Shown: positions 49,339-60,308, counted from the stretch's first letter. The stretch: DNA of 64,000 nt from Patescibacteria group bacterium (GCA_035291665.1 DATDRP010000006.1:209255-273254), one strand, 5' to 3'. Notes: generated from the letters alone by a model not told the origin. Translations and numbers: made by a program.

Positions 49339-50742
49339 TTATGAAGAAATTTTTGCCAAGGGTAATTTGACAGATACAGAGGTGCCATTCCCAGGCTTGC
49401 TATTGACAACAATCTTACCTTGATGCGCATTTACTAGCGCTTGCGCGATTGATAAACCCAAGCCTGATCCCAAAGTTTTCTCAGTACCGGTTCCCCTGTA
49501 AAAACGATTAAACACATTCGGTAAATCTTTTTTTGATATTCCTATTCCGGTATCTTTAACGGAAAAAATTGCTGATCCACCTTCTTTTCTAAGTAAAAGC
49601 GTAATTGTTCCGTTGGCTGGAGTAAATTTCACAGCATTGTCTATAATATTCAGGAAGGCTCTCATTAATTTGTCTTCCTGACCTAAAACCTCGATATTAT
49701 TTTCAATATTAGATACAATTTTTAGATTTTTAGTAAGGGTTAGTTTCTCTAATATTTCCTTAAGTTCTTTGGACATTCCTGATAAATCTACTTTTTCGGC
49801 TTTACCTCTCGCATTGTCTGATCTGGTCCATGCAAGATCTAGAATGTTTTTAAGCGTAGACGAAATATTATTTATATCGACAAGAGAATCTGTTAATGCC
49901 GACTTGTATTCAGTACTTGTTCTTTTTTTGGAAAGTGTGATTTCAACCCCGCTTCTAAGAGTAGCTAGAGGGGTTTTGAGCTCATGGGCAAGGTCTCCTA
50001 TAAACATGCGTTCCCGTTCAAAAGCTTCACTGATTCTACCAAGCATGGTATTAAATGTTTCAGCCAATTCTTCTATTTCGTCCCCGGTGTTGGGTTTTTT
50101 AACTCTCTCGGTTAAGTTTTCAGAACTAACTCTTTTTAATTTATCTGTTATTTCTCTCAGAGGACTTATTGCCCCCTTTGCAAGTAAATAGCCTCCAATA
50201 ATTGTGGGAATTACAAGTACGACATATATAATTCCTAAAGTTACCAAAAGACTTTGTAAGGACTTCTGGACTATTTCAATAGGATGAGCCATTAAAACGA
50301 CTCCCAGTAAAGTTCCATTTTTAATAACAGGAGTTGCTCGAAAACGAAGAGGTAATTCACCGACAGTTTTATCTATAAAAAACGGTTCCTTTGTGTTTAA
50401 TACCTTTTGAAACATTTCTTCTGTTATATTTCCTGGGAGATCAGTTTTAAGTGAGCTGGAGATAGTATTGCCGTCGTTATTCAAAACTACTACAAGCATT
50501 CCGGGTATCCCGCTGAATTCTTGTAAGAATGATTGCCTGGCAATTTCTTGATACATGCAACATTCTTGGCGAGTCAAAACTTCAACTACTTTTTCAGAAT
50601 GGGATGTTAAAGCACTGTCAGTATTTATATAAAGAACATATTTTGTCAGGATAAAAAATCCAATTGCAAGAAGTGCGGAGAAGATAACAAATGCGGAAAC
50701 ATACCAAAATGTCAACCTAAACTTAATGCTTTTAATATTCAT
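49339..50742 (-). CDS. HAMP sensor histidine kinase (heavy-metal CusS-like)
   Basis: RLTFWY, DEIEELAETFN, AHELKTPL, DNAVKF, GSGLGL. Confidence 0.9.
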   Translation of the reverse strand: MNIKSIKFRLTFWYVSAFVIFSALLAIGFFILTKYVLYINTDSALTSHSEKVVEVLTRQECCMYQEIARQSFLQEFSGIPGMLVVVLNNDGNTISSSLKTDLPGNITEEMFQKVLNTKEPFFIDKTVGELPLRFRATPVIKNGTLLGVVLMAHPIEIVQKSLQSLLVTLGIIYVVLVIPTIIGGYLLAKGAISPLREITDKLKRVSSENLTERVKKPNTGDEIEELAETFNTMLGRISEAFERERMFIGDLAHELKTPLATLRSGVEITLSKKRTSTEYKSALTDSLVDINNISSTLKNILDLAWTRSDNARGKAEKVDLSGMSKELKEILEKLTLTKNLKIVSNIENNIEVLGQEDKLMRAFLNIIDNAVKFTPANGTITLLLRKEGGSAIFSVKDTGIGISKKDLPNVFNRFYRGTGTEKTLGSGLGLSIAQALVNAHQGKIVVNSKPGNGTSVSVKLPLAKISS

Positions 50743-51413
50743 ATATCTTCTGTTAGACGATAACCCACACCGTGTAAAGTATGAATTAGTTTTTTATCCG
50801 ACGCTTTATCAATTTTTCGCCGGAGTGATGCTACAAAAACATCTACAATATTACTCATACTGTCAAAATTATAATCCCATGCATGTTCCGTAATCATTGT
50901 ACGGGTAACAACTTCGTCTTTATGTCGTAACAGAAGTTCAAGAATAGAAAACTCCTTAGGAGTAAGAGTAATATTTTTATCATTTCTGGTGACTGTATGT
51001 TTTATCGGATCCACTATTAAATCATCAACTTTTAAAATAGGCGAGGATTCTTGCTTACTTCGTCTGATTAAAGCTTGTATCCTGGACCTAAGTTCTAAGA
51101 ATGAGAAAGGTTTGGTCATGTAATCATCAGCTCCACTATCAAGTCCTGCTACCTTATCTTCAATTGTTGTTTTGGCTGTTAACATTAAAACTGGAGTTTT
51201 TATATTTTTCTCACGGAGCGATCTGCAAAGAGTGAGCCCGTCAATTTTAGGAAGCATAATATCAAGGATAATGAGGTCATACTCTTCAGACTCGGCTAAA
51301 TATTGACCTTCTTCACCATCGTATGCAACATCAACGGCATAACCTTCCTCAAGCAGACCTTTTTTTATGACATTAGATAATCTGAGTTCATCTTCAACCA
51401 ACAAAATTCTCAT
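50739..51413 (-). CDS. OmpR-family response regulator (CusR-like)
   Basis: MRILLVEDE, LDIMLP, GADDY.TKPF, LTPKEF, HGVGY. Confidence 0.93.
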   Translation of the reverse strand: MRILLVEDELRLSNVIKKGLLEEGYAVDVAYDGEEGQYLAESEEYDLIILDIMLPKIDGLTLCRSLREKNIKTPVLMLTAKTTIEDKVAGLDSGADDYMTKPFSFLELRSRIQALIRRSKQESSPILKVDDLIVDPIKHTVTRNDKNITLTPKEFSILELLLRHKDEVVTRTMITEHAWDYNFDSMSNIVDVFVASLRRKIDKASDKKLIHTLHGVGYRLTEDI

Positions 51414-51514
51414 GGTTCGACTCCTCTCACCATGATCTCTTCGAGCCTGAACCTCAGAGCCGATGACTTGAGTGCGATCGAATGGATCATATACCCGTAT
51501 TATATTATAAATTT

Positions 51515-51531
51515 ATGAAGAATTTGTGAAG
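51515..51531 (-). promoter_or_regulatory. OmpR/PhoB-type direct-repeat box 2
   Basis: CTTCAC-N5-CTTCAT, 10 nt upstream of TATAAT. Confidence 0.65.
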
Positions 51532-51547
51532 TTTTACCTTATTCTAT

Positions 51548-54500
51548 TTATTTTGCAGATTTTTTGTATTCAATCCCGGTTATGCTTTTAAAAGTTTTTT
51601 TGTCAGTAATGTGATAATTATCCAGTTCGGTATTTGTCATTTCTAATATTCCTGCTATGCGAACTCTAGGCAATCCAAAAATACCGTATATTTCGTCACC
51701 CACATTTTTGAATAATTTGGCTCTTTTCATCATTTCTGCCTCTTCTGACCCTAAGATAATATCTCCCGTTCTTTGAGGGTATGATCCTTGGGCGATTTTT
51801 AAGGCACCTATGTCTTCTACTTCAAGAAAAACTTTAGTTTCACCGTCTTTAATTACTAATTTTGTATTTCCTTTTTGGAGTAACTTTTCAGCTGATACTG
51901 TCATTTTTGTTGTGCCTTCAGTCTGCATATTTTTCTCTCCGCCTGCCATACTTGAACTGACATTAGCGAATTGTATAAACATAAAGGTAAACGCAATTGC
52001 CATAAAAGCTGGTGCAAATGTTGATACATAATCCTTCTTTCCGGGAGTAAATCTTCGTAAAATTAGTGAATTTCCCACTACAGAAATGGAACTTAATGCC
52101 ATTGCAAGACCTGCGAGTTCGGGTTTTAAAACAAGTCCGGCAAAGCTGAAAACTCTAGCAGCAATAGGAATGCCAATGACATTATAAAAAAGTGCAAAGA
52201 ACATATTCTGTTTTATCTTTTGCATAGTTGAGCGGGAAAGTTCGATTGAGGAAACAACATCTCTAAGGTCGTTTTTGATAATAACAATTCCGCCGGTTTC
52301 CATAGCTACATCCGTACCCGAACCCATAGCTATACCAAGATCCGCTTGGGCGAGAGCCGGCGCATCGTTTATTCCATCCCCGACCATCGCCACTTTTTTG
52401 CCGGTATCTTGTAATTTTTTGACTTCATTGGCTTTATCTTCAGGTAACACCTCTGCTAAAACATTAGTAATTCCAACCTGTGAAGCAATCGCTCTTGCCG
52501 TTCTCTCATTATCTCCGGTAATCATATAAACAGTAATTCTTCGCTTTGCGAGCATTTCAATTGCCTCTTTTGAGGTTTCTTTTACCGTATCGGCAACAGC
52601 AATGAGGCCTAACACTTTCTTTTTTGTTGACAATACCATCACGGTTTTACCCTGGTTTTCTAAAGAATCTATAGTGTATCCATGTTCCGAGAGCGACAGC
52701 CCTAATGTTTCGCTTGCAAGTTTTGGTTTACCAAAATAATAAATCTCTTTACCAATGAATCCTTGTACACCAAATCCCGGGATTGCCATAAACCCTTCGA
52801 CTTCGCTTAAAGCAAGGCCTTTTTCCTGGGCATTTGAATATATTGCCTCAGCAAGGGGGTGCTCTGATTGTTTTTCCAGCGAGGCGGCAATTTCTAATAT
52901 ATTCGCTTGCCCAATAATGTCAGTCACTTCAGGTTTTCCTTTTGTTATTGTTCCCGTCTTATCAAAGATAATAGTATCGATTTTGCACGCCTTCTCCAAC
53001 GGTTCTCCACCTTTAACCAATATGCCATGTTCAGCACCTTTACCTGTGCCAACCATAATTGCTGTAGGTGTTGCAAGCCCTAACGCACACGGGCATGCAA
53101 TTACTATAACTGCGGTAAATGCCATTAGAGCAAAAGACAGAGTTGCTCCCAGAACGAAATACCAAATAACAAAAGTTGAAAATGCAATCAATATTACAGC
53201 AGGTACAAAAAACGCAGAAATTTTATCTGCAATTGCTTGGATAGGAGCCTTTGATCCCTGTGCATCTTCAACAAGTTTAATAATTTGGGAAAGAGTGGTT
53301 TCAGAACCGACCCTTGTTGCCATGAATTCAAAGCTTCCCGATTTGTTAATGGTAGAACCTATGACAAAGTCACCTTCATGTTTTTCGACGGGTAAGCTTT
53401 CACCTGTGATCATAGATTCGTCGAGTGCCGAACTGCCTCTTATTATCTCACCATCAACCGGAACCTTTTCTCCGGGACGAACCAATACTGTGTCTCCTTT
53501 AAGGACTTCTTCAAGGGGAATATCAAGTGTTTGGCCATTTCTTATAACCCTTGCTGTTTTTGCCTGTAAACACATTAGTTTTTTGATTGCTTCCGATGTA
53601 CGGCCTTTTGCTTTTGCCTCAAGCCATTTTCCCAAAATGACAAAGGTAATTAAAAATGCTGCGGTTTCGAAATAAAGTTCGGGAATTTTAGATCCGTTTA
53701 AGCCGATAAGTGAATTTTTGGCAAGATAATAAAGAATAAAATTAACTGCACTATAAAAATAAGCAACCGATGTGCCGATTGCTATAAGACTATCCATATT
53801 AAAAGTTCTCATCCTGAGGCCAGACATCATTCCTTTGTAAAAACCTGCTCCGATAATAAATTGAACTGGAGTTGCCAGAATAAATGAAATAATCCCGACA
53901 TAGGGGAGAAGCAGGGTTGCCCCCAGGAAATTCGGGAAAAAGTCAAAAAGCATAAAGTAAATCATCGGGAAACTTAAGACTAAGCTCCAGGTAAACCTCT
54001 TAAAGTAACCACCAATTTGAACTTGTTGTTTTTCTGCTTCTTCTTTTGTATTTGAGGGGTCTGAAACTATTGCCTTATAACCAGTTTTTTCTACTGCTTT
54101 GATGAGGTCCTCTTCTTTTGCAGTCGAAGAATTAAATGTTACTGTCGCTTTCTCTGCAGCAAAATTTACACGGGCTTCCGTTACTCCGGTCACCTTTTTT
54201 AACGACTTTTCAATTACACCTGCACAAGATGTACAATGCATGCCGAAAAGGGACAGAGCAATCTTTTTCTGAGATTCAGTTTTTTCAATAGAAGAAGTTG
54301 CTGGAACTTTTTCTTTTACTTCCGTAACAGGTTCGTTTTTCAATCCTAAGTTACCTTCGAATACAAATTCTCCTTTCTCATCTTTTTTGACCGATCCTTT
54401 GATACTAATACCAGTGGAAATGATGTTTTTAAGAAGCATACTGTCATATATAACTTGTCCAGCAACCTTACCATTACCGTTTTTTTCTTTGAGATTTTCA

Positions 54501-54715
54501 ACCTCACCTTTATACCCTGCGTTCGCGATTGCTTTTAGAATCAAGTCTCTATTTATTTCTTGGTCTGCAGTTAAAAAGCCATCACCAGTTTTATGATCGA
54601 CAGACACGGTATCAACGCCTGGAATATCAGAAATCTCATCTTTTATAAGCATCTCACAGCTTTTGCAGTGCATTCCGTTGACATTAAATTTGACTGTATT
54701 TTTTCCGTTTTTCAT
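51548..54715 (-). CDS. copA: Copper-translocating P1B-type ATPase (CPC type) with two HMA domains and a C-terminal extension
   Basis: [51 protein letters not shown]. Confidence 0.93.
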   Translation of the reverse strand: MKNGKNTVKFNVNGMHCKSCEMLIKDEISDIPGVDTVSVDHKTGDGFLTADQEINRDLILKAIANAGYKGEVENLKEKNGNGKVAGQVIYDSMLLKNIISTGISIKGSVKKDEKGEFVFEGNLGLKNEPVTEVKEKVPATSSIEKTESQKKIALSLFGMHCTSCAGVIEKSLKKVTGVTEARVNFAAEKATVTFNSSTAKEEDLIKAVEKTGYKAIVSDPSNTKEEAEKQQVQIGGYFKRFTWSLVLSFPMIYFMLFDFFPNFLGATLLLPYVGIISFILATPVQFIIGAGFYKGMMSGLRMRTFNMDSLIAIGTSVAYFYSAVNFILYYLAKNSLIGLNGSKIPELYFETAAFLITFVILGKWLEAKAKGRTSEAIKKLMCLQAKTARVIRNGQTLDIPLEEVLKGDTVLVRPGEKVPVDGEIIRGSSALDESMITGESLPVEKHEGDFVIGSTINKSGSFEFMATRVGSETTLSQIIKLVEDAQGSKAPIQAIADKISAFFVPAVILIAFSTFVIWYFVLGATLSFALMAFTAVIVIACPCALGLATPTAIMVGTGKGAEHGILVKGGEPLEKACKIDTIIFDKTGTITKGKPEVTDIIGQANILEIAASLEKQSEHPLAEAIYSNAQEKGLALSEVEGFMAIPGFGVQGFIGKEIYYFGKPKLASETLGLSLSEHGYTIDSLENQGKTVMVLSTKKKVLGLIAVADTVKETSKEAIEMLAKRRITVYMITGDNERTARAIASQVGITNVLAEVLPEDKANEVKKLQDTGKKVAMVGDGINDAPALAQADLGIAMGSGTDVAMETGGIVIIKNDLRDVVSSIELSRSTMQKIKQNMFFALFYNVIGIPIAARVFSFAGLVLKPELAGLAMALSSISVVGNSLILRRFTPGKKDYVSTFAPAFMAIAFTFMFIQFANVSSSMAGGEKNMQTEGTTKMTVSAEKLLQKGNTKLVIKDGETKVFLEVEDIGALKIAQGSYPQRTGDIILGSEEAEMMKRAKLFKNVGDEIYGIFGLPRVRIAGILEMTNTELDNYHITDKKTFKSITGIEYKKSAK

Positions 54716-54720
54716 AGCAA

Positions 54721-54820
54721 TTTCAAGGAAACCCCGATTCTATCGGGGAGGAATTGAACTTGATATATCATTCTCATTCAGATGTGAAACCACACTCACA
54801 AGAGCGTGGAGAATGTTATA
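54721..54820. mobile_element. ~100-bp structured element resembling joined IS200/IS605 left and right ends (copy A)
   Basis: TTCAAGGAAA-hairpin-GAGGAATTGAAC...CATTCTC..GAAAC-hairpin-GAGAATGTTA; related copies at 56865 and 63933. Confidence 0.65.
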
Positions 54821-55022
54821 TAACTTTATATTCCATTCCCTCCAAAGCTTTTTGGAATTCATCATTTGAAATATCTCTTGTCAAAACAACTTCGGTTTCG
54901 CCAGTTTCGAAATTAACATTAACCAAGGTAACTCCATTAATCGCACCGAACTTTCTTTCAATAAGTCTTTTACATGCTTGACAGTGAGTACCTTTGATTG
55001 TAATTTGAATTTTCTTTTCCAT
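54816..55022 (-). CDS. Heavy-metal-associated domain protein (CopZ-like)
   Basis: MEKKIQITIKGTHCQAC; start moved to ATG 55022. Confidence 0.82.
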   Translation of the reverse strand: MEKKIQITIKGTHCQACKRLIERKFGAINGVTLVNVNFETGETEVVLTRDISNDEFQKALEGMEYKVI

Positions 55023-55023
55023 A

Positions 55024-56859
55024 TTAAATAACTGTAATAGTTCCCCTTGGAACTCCCATTGCACAAGTGATAGGGTACTTACCCGGTTTATCAGGGGTAA
55101 ATTCAAAGACTAGTGTTTTTCCCTTTTCCAAAAACTGCGGATTATCAGTTAGTTGAGGTATATAAATAGTACTCATGCAGCCGCTACCTTCATCTTTTAC
55201 ATCCACTTCCATGCGTACAGGCTTTCCGGCTTTAACGGTAAATTCAAAAGGAGAGATGTCCGTATCACTTTTATAGATGGTATTTAATATCTGGACGCCG
55301 TTTTCATTTTTGGCGAGGGTGGGTGTCACCCCCACACCAACTTTAGCCGCTTGTGCTTTTCCACCTCCGCAACCACAGCCCCCACTACCACTTCCGCAAC
55401 TACCATTTGCCACCGGTTGACCCACAGCGGGAGCTGTGTTTGCTGCTAGCACCTTATTGTCGTTATTGTTTACCTGACCATTAGAAGTGCCTTTTTCAAC
55501 AACCGCAAAACTTCCTGTGTACATTCCCATGCTGCAGGAGAAATTGATTGTTCCAACTTCTTTTGGAGTAAATTCGATTATATTTTCTCCAGGGTGCAGA
55601 CTTTGACGAACGTTTAGTTTCGATGAGACAATGCTCGAAGCACAGGTATTAGGATCCTTGGAGGTTATTATCCATTTTACAGGAACACCAACGGCAACAG
55701 TAAATTTATTCGGTGAATATCCTCTAGCCGTTTGGTCCATTCTCACAATCTGAACTCCGTCTTGTTCTTGAATTCCTGAATTTTTATCGGATGCAGCGTA
55801 TGCATTAATTCGAGTGCCTAAATCATTAAAAGGATTTGTTCCCAAAAGATTGAGGCCGTTATTCAGATTAAAGAAAGCCAATAGTGAAACTACTAATCCA
55901 GCAAATTTAAAAAACTTTTGAGCAAATACACCTTTGATAGCTGCAGTTAAACCTCCCACACTCAAAAGTCCAGGTGCGGTTCCCAAGGCAAAAATACCCA
56001 TAATTGCTGCTCCCTGAACAAAGCTACCAGTTGATACGGCATAAAGTTGCATTGCCTGGGTAAACCCGCATGGAAGGAAAAAAGTTGACCCGCCCATTAA
56101 AAATGCATTTTTATGACTATATTCCTTCTGTGTTTGTTCCTTAATTCCAAATAGTTTTGATATTCCTTTAGGCATTGAAAAACTAACATTCTGGAGTCTT
56201 GGGAAAAGGCCAGTAAGTTGTAATCCGAGTGTAAGCATTACGAGTGCAACGGCTGCAGTAACAAGTCCAAGACTTGTTCCGGAAAACTGAAAGAATGATC
56301 CCAAAAGTCCTATTGCGCCTCCGAGAATAGTGTAAGAAGTAATTCTTCCTAAGTTAAATAATAAATGGGGCTTAAATTTTTCAAAAGGGGTTGCGTTGGC
56401 ATTATTCTGTGAGAAACGAGCTGAAACTCCAAGTACAATTCCTCCGATTAATGCCATGCAAGTTGAAAATCCTGCGGTTAATCCAATAAGTGCAACCGTA
56501 AGTAAATTTGAAGGGTGACCGGGATTTACCGCAAAAAACTTTGACAATCCAAGTCCATCGACCAGAATAAAAAGAAAGAAAAGGACAATAGCTGCATAAA
56601 TTATGTCCATATAGTCTTCAACTTTGGCTGAGAATATGGGAGGTTTTTCTGCAAAACCCACTTGATAACCGGCATTTTGGACTGCTTTATCTATGTCTTC
56701 TACTTTCAATTCGGAGTTTGTATAACAAATTTCTGCACAGGCTTTTTTATGCGAAACGTCTACTTTTTTAACACCTTGGATGTTTTTTAATTCATCCTCT
56801 ATTAAGAGTTCACAGCTTCTGCAGTGCATTCCCTTTATTGGTACGATAGTTTTTTTCAT
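55024..56859 (-). CDS. HMA + DsbD_2/TauE-like membrane domain + two cupredoxin-like domains
   Basis: GMHCRSC, STCMAL.GG, FNLGR, LPCG, FSCSMGM, ITCAMG. Confidence 0.85.
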   Translation of the reverse strand: MKKTIVPIKGMHCRSCELLIEDELKNIQGVKKVDVSHKKACAEICYTNSELKVEDIDKAVQNAGYQVGFAEKPPIFSAKVEDYMDIIYAAIVLFFLFILVDGLGLSKFFAVNPGHPSNLLTVALIGLTAGFSTCMALIGGIVLGVSARFSQNNANATPFEKFKPHLLFNLGRITSYTILGGAIGLLGSFFQFSGTSLGLVTAAVALVMLTLGLQLTGLFPRLQNVSFSMPKGISKLFGIKEQTQKEYSHKNAFLMGGSTFFLPCGFTQAMQLYAVSTGSFVQGAAIMGIFALGTAPGLLSVGGLTAAIKGVFAQKFFKFAGLVVSLLAFFNLNNGLNLLGTNPFNDLGTRINAYAASDKNSGIQEQDGVQIVRMDQTARGYSPNKFTVAVGVPVKWIITSKDPNTCASSIVSSKLNVRQSLHPGENIIEFTPKEVGTINFSCSMGMYTGSFAVVEKGTSNGQVNNNDNKVLAANTAPAVGQPVANGSCGSGSGGCGCGGGKAQAAKVGVGVTPTLAKNENGVQILNTIYKSDTDISPFEFTVKAGKPVRMEVDVKDEGSGCMSTIYIPQLTDNPQFLEKGKTLVFEFTPDKPGKYPITCAMGVPRGTITVI

Positions 56860-56864
56860 AACAG

Positions 56865-56967
56865 TTTCAAGGAAACCGTAAACTTAATAGTTTACGGAGG
56901 AATTGAACCTGATATATCATTCTCCCTCAGGGGTGAAACCATGCCTAATGGCATGGAGAATGTTATA
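56865..56967. mobile_element. ~100-bp IS200/IS605-end-like structured element (copy B)
   Basis: Same scaffold as copy A with different, fully paired hairpin stems. Confidence 0.65.
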
Positions 56968-56968
56968 A

Positions 56969-57769
56969 TCAGTTTTCCAACATCTGATCAATTGCCTTTT
57001 TGAAATCTTCATATGGGTAAGCTCCCGGCATTAATTTTGTTTTGCCCGTTTTTGTATCCAATAGAATGTTGCCGGGGGTACCATTTACACCTAAGCTTGC
57101 TGCCGTATCTGCGTCACTTTTAACTCTGTCCGCATACTTTCCGCTTTCCAGACAACTCGTAAATTTGGACTCATTTACTCCAGCTTCTTTTGCTAAGTCC
57201 GGTAAATCCGAAAGAGCAATACCTGTTCCACCTGAGTTGGTTTTTGTAAATAGTACATTTACAAATTTCCAAAATGCGGTGTTTCCTCCTAATTCATTTG
57301 CACATTCTGAAGCTTCTGCCTCTTTGGCTGCATTTGCGTGGAAGGGTAGTGGCAGGTGTCGGTAGACCCAAGCAACGTCTCCTTTGTAGCTATCTACAAT
57401 CTTTTGGGCTGTCGGATGGAACCTTTTGCAGTAAGGACATTCCATATCCGAATATTCGAAAAGAAATATCCTTGCATCTTTTTCTCCATTTACATGATCA
57501 TCAGTAGTCAATTTTATCTCACCCTTTAACTCGGGAGCTACTGCGGAAGGCTGAGAGGGTTGAGTCGGGTTGGTATCATTTCCTTTCGCTTCCACCTGTA
57601 TTCCTTCGACTTGAGAACCGTTTTTATAGGTTCCCAGTTCTTTTTCTAGAAATTTTACACGGGTGTACAATGATCCGACAAAGAATAGACTAACAAGTGC
57701 AATTCCTATAGATAAGGCTAAAAAGTTTTCGTTTTTGGGTTCTTGATTATCTGAATTTATTTTTGGCAT
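56969..57769 (-). CDS. DsbA family thiol-disulfide oxidoreductase
   Basis: EYSDMECPYC, RHLPL, GVNGTP. Confidence 0.88.
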   Translation of the reverse strand: MPKINSDNQEPKNENFLALSIGIALVSLFFVGSLYTRVKFLEKELGTYKNGSQVEGIQVEAKGNDTNPTQPSQPSAVAPELKGEIKLTTDDHVNGEKDARIFLFEYSDMECPYCKRFHPTAQKIVDSYKGDVAWVYRHLPLPFHANAAKEAEASECANELGGNTAFWKFVNVLFTKTNSGGTGIALSDLPDLAKEAGVNESKFTSCLESGKYADRVKSDADTAASLGVNGTPGNILLDTKTGKTKLMPGAYPYEDFKKAIDQMLEN

Positions 57770-57792
57770 ATGTTAAGGATACGAAATCATTT

Positions 57793-57809
57793 ATGAAGAA
57801 ATCGTGAAT
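57793..57809 (-). promoter_or_regulatory. OmpR/PhoB-type direct-repeat box 3
   Basis: ATTCAC-N5-CTTCAT, 11 nt upstream of TATCCT. Confidence 0.6.
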
Positions 57810-57838
57810 AGATGAAAATAAATCATGAATTGGAATTG

Positions 57839-58357
57839 TTATATGTAATAATTTATTAATATGTAAACGGCAATACTCGCCATTAGCATCGACCCCAAAC
57901 TGAAAACCATGGATTGGTAGGGGAAGAGTCTTTTTCCGTTTTTCTTTTTTATAAAGATGTTTAAAATATCAAACGAGTAAAAAACTACACTTCCCAAGAT
58001 CATGCCGAAAGTTAACTTATCAAAACCAAAGATGCTGTCCATTCTTATAATTAATTTGAATACATAGAAAGACCAAAGTGTCGAAACGAAAATAAGAATA
58101 TATACTAATAGTCCTACAAAGCGATTAAAAAATATTTTGTTTCTTTGACCCAAAGAATTACAAAGCCAAAAGGCAATCGCACCCAATAATCCTCCGATCC
58201 AAATTCCGGTAATTGAGTCGTCAACGCCCACCCATCTGGTTAAAGTAATACCGGCCGCAGCACCTGCAACACATAAAGGACAGTGCGCGAAAGCTAGTGA
58301 AGGTGTTAAAAGTCTAACAACCAAAAAAGATAGAAGAATAAAAGATATTATCCACAT
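57839..58357 (-). CDS. Membrane protein with HCPLC motif
   Basis: AHCPLCV..A...GVDD...GIW.GG. Confidence 0.72.
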   Translation of the reverse strand: MWIISFILLSFLVVRLLTPSLAFAHCPLCVAGAAAGITLTRWVGVDDSITGIWIGGLLGAIAFWLCNSLGQRNKIFFNRFVGLLVYILIFVSTLWSFYVFKLIIRMDSIFGFDKLTFGMILGSVVFYSFDILNIFIKKKNGKRLFPYQSMVFSLGSMLMASIAVYILINYYI

Positions 58358-58359
58358 AT

Positions 58360-58878
58360 TTAGTTAACAACGTTACCATTGAATTTGAGTTCTTTTGTTC
58401 CGGACGGATTACTGAAGTAAAGAAAAACCGTGCGGTCAAAAGGACCTACCCCTTTTGGACCGTGTGCAGCCGGATCAAATATTGCAGTAACAGTTGCAGT
58501 TTGTCCTGAAGGTAATTCAAGATTTACCGGAGGATTTTTATCTCCCATCCCTTCCATCCCGAACTCTCTGGTTTCTTTGTCGCCGATTTTTATTTTTGTT
58601 TTGGTACACATACATGAAGTTGCAATTCTTTGAAGTTTCATAGATTCTGCAGACGTATTTTTGACTTCGTAAGTTTTAACCACATTACCGTCTTTCATTT
58701 TGATCGTGCCGACATCATACGATGCAGGACTAACTTCCAAGTCTTTAATATCTACTGATGCTATAGCATCAACCTCTTTTGCCGGAGATTCTTTTCCTCC
58801 TTGCCATATTGCAAAACCAACGATAAGTAGAAAAGAAAAAACCAGTACCCCGATAAGTATTTTCGTATCTTTAGTCAT
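58360..58878 (-). CDS. DUF1573 domain protein
   Basis: TSCMCT, FDPAAHGP.GVGP..R. Confidence 0.75.
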   Translation of the reverse strand: MTKDTKILIGVLVFSFLLIVGFAIWQGGKESPAKEVDAIASVDIKDLEVSPASYDVGTIKMKDGNVVKTYEVKNTSAESMKLQRIATSCMCTKTKIKIGDKETREFGMEGMGDKNPPVNLELPSGQTATVTAIFDPAAHGPKGVGPFDRTVFLYFSNPSGTKELKFNGNVVN

Positions 58879-59138
58879 TTTTTATTGCTTAAGAATTGAA
58901 CAATTTTATAAAATTCTCGGTTACCATTTAAACTTTTAATCTTTTCCCGTAAACAACAACTCAAATGACCTTCAAGCATAATTTTTCGCGCATTTTCCAA
59001 AGCACGTTGTGCTTTTCGGGAACTTTTTACTACCTTAATACACTCATCATGGTTCTCGAATAAAAATAATGTTTTATTCAGATATTTTTTTGCAGTGGAC
59101 AATTCTGATAAAACCTTATCTTTTACTATTGTATCCAT
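58875..59138 (-). CDS. CsoR/RcnR-like metal-sensitive repressor (divergent)
   Basis: C...(helix)...MLEGHLSCC. Confidence 0.6.
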   Translation of the reverse strand: MDTIVKDKVLSELSTAKKYLNKTLFLFENHDECIKVVKSSRKAQRALENARKIMLEGHLSCCLREKIKSLNGNREFYKIVQFLSNKK

Positions 59139-59167
59139 CGAACTAATGGTAGTTTACAAATCTGACT

Positions 59168-59184
59168 ATTAAGAAATCATGAAG
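59168..59184 (-). promoter_or_regulatory. OmpR/PhoB-type direct-repeat box 4
   Basis: CTTCAT-N5-CTTAAT, 11 nt upstream of TAAACT. Confidence 0.55.
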
Positions 59185-59292
59185 ACAGCCTCAATAATTT
59201 GCTATTAAAAGATGAAAATTCTGTAGATTGCTTAAATCACTTGGGGAAAATACCGACTTTTCCAGACACCATGATCAGTTTACTGGAATTTA

Positions 59293-59311
59293 GGCTGGGG
59301 GACATGGATTC
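59293..59311 (-). repeat. Duplicated 3' end of tRNA-Gln (att-like)
   Basis: GGCTGGGGGACATGGATTC vs tRNA GGCTGGGGGACAGGGATTC (18/19). Confidence 0.75.
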
Positions 59312-59314
59312 ACT

Positions 59315-59626
59315 TCACTCACTTTTTAATTCATCTAAACTTTTTCTCAACATTAATTTCAAGGTCTTTTTTCCGGGGTTCGTTTTGAAATATCTTTCCC
59401 TTCTTAGTGCATCATGCTTCGAAACAAAATATTCACAAAATATTAATTTAAAAGGACGCCTTGAAGCAGTGGCTTTTGATTTGCCATGAAAGTGTGCAGT
59501 TAAACGTTCTTTTAAATTAGAGCTGGATCCGATATAGAAAAGACCGTCTTTTTGACTTAAAAGTACATACGTACACCAATTGAGTTTTGACATACTATTT
59601 ATATTAATTTGTCTTTGGAGAAACAT
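59315..59626 (-). CDS. GIY-YIG nuclease family protein
   Basis: TYVLLS...YIGSS.NL..RL..H..G...T..RRP..L...E......A..RE..FK; true start probably ATG near 59593. Confidence 0.88.
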   Translation of the reverse strand: MFLQRQININSMSKLNWCTYVLLSQKDGLFYIGSSSNLKERLTAHFHGKSKATASRRPFKLIFCEYFVSKHDALRRERYFKTNPGKKTLKLMLRKSLDELKSE

Positions 59627-59690
59627 AAAGTGTCGGTGAAGTACAACGAAGTTGACTTCACGACCATGAAGTGAGCTGTGCTCTACTTCA

Positions 59691-59764
<74 letters not shown>

Positions 59765-59822
59765 ATATCACATTAATTTTAACGTACAATAAATTTCAAA
59801 TCCTCAATCCCGCATTGCGGGA

Positions 59823-59880
59823 AGTCCTACCGTGTCGTCGGGTTTGACTCGACTCTTGCTGTGTACCAGATCCCCCAATA
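59823..59880 (-). pseudogene. Interrupted duplicate of the tRNA-Gln 5' part
   Basis: AGTCCTACCGT and GATCCCCCAATA match the tRNA but are separated by a longer foreign insert. Confidence 0.6.
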
Positions 59881-60107
59881 TAAAAAAAGTAATTAGTTAT
59901 TAGTTATAAGTAGAAAAAATAACTCTAACTAAGGGAATTATATCAAAAATCCGAATCAAATCAGAAGTTGTCGGTTCGGTTTAGTCATTATTTGACGAAT
60001 TAATTAACTGTAATTTCGACTACAGATTTTTTATACCAGCTTTAATAGACTTCATAAGCTATTTGCTCATTATGAAAATATGGCAAATGTGAAGGGGGGT
60101 GATAAAT

Positions 60108-60308
60108 ATGCAAGACAAGAAAAATGCAATTGAACATTTAAAGAATCATCAGAAGTATCCTGCCACAAAGGAGGATCTTGTGAAGGAATGCGACGATTTG
60201 TCGGATTTTTCGGACGAAGACAAAAAGTGGTTTGAAGAACATCTTATGGAAAAGACCTATAAATCTGCTGATGAAGTTATGCAGGTACTTGGTTTAATGG
60301 AGAAATAA
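60108..60308 (+). CDS. Small hypothetical protein (DUF2795-like)
   Basis: HLK..Q.YPATKEDLV...KTYKSADEV; GGGGGTGA SD before ATG 60108. Confidence 0.7.
   Translation: MQDKKNAIEHLKNHQKYPATKEDLVKECDDLSDFSDEDKKWFEEHLMEKTYKSADEVMQVLGLMEK

Noticed and set aside
52755-53675. 306-aa plus-strand ORF and other antisense ORFs in the track
   Set aside because: Shadow ORFs opposite well-supported genes such as copA, rocD, argS and truB
54721-54820. Hammerhead ribozyme reading of the structured element
   Set aside because: GAAAC is present but no CUGANGA core in the proper position on either strand
60056-60066. AAGCTATTTGC matching part of the cassette repeat (similar partial match ATTTGCACTCT near 29940)
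   Set aside because: Only 11 bp and lacks the palindromic core; plausible by chance
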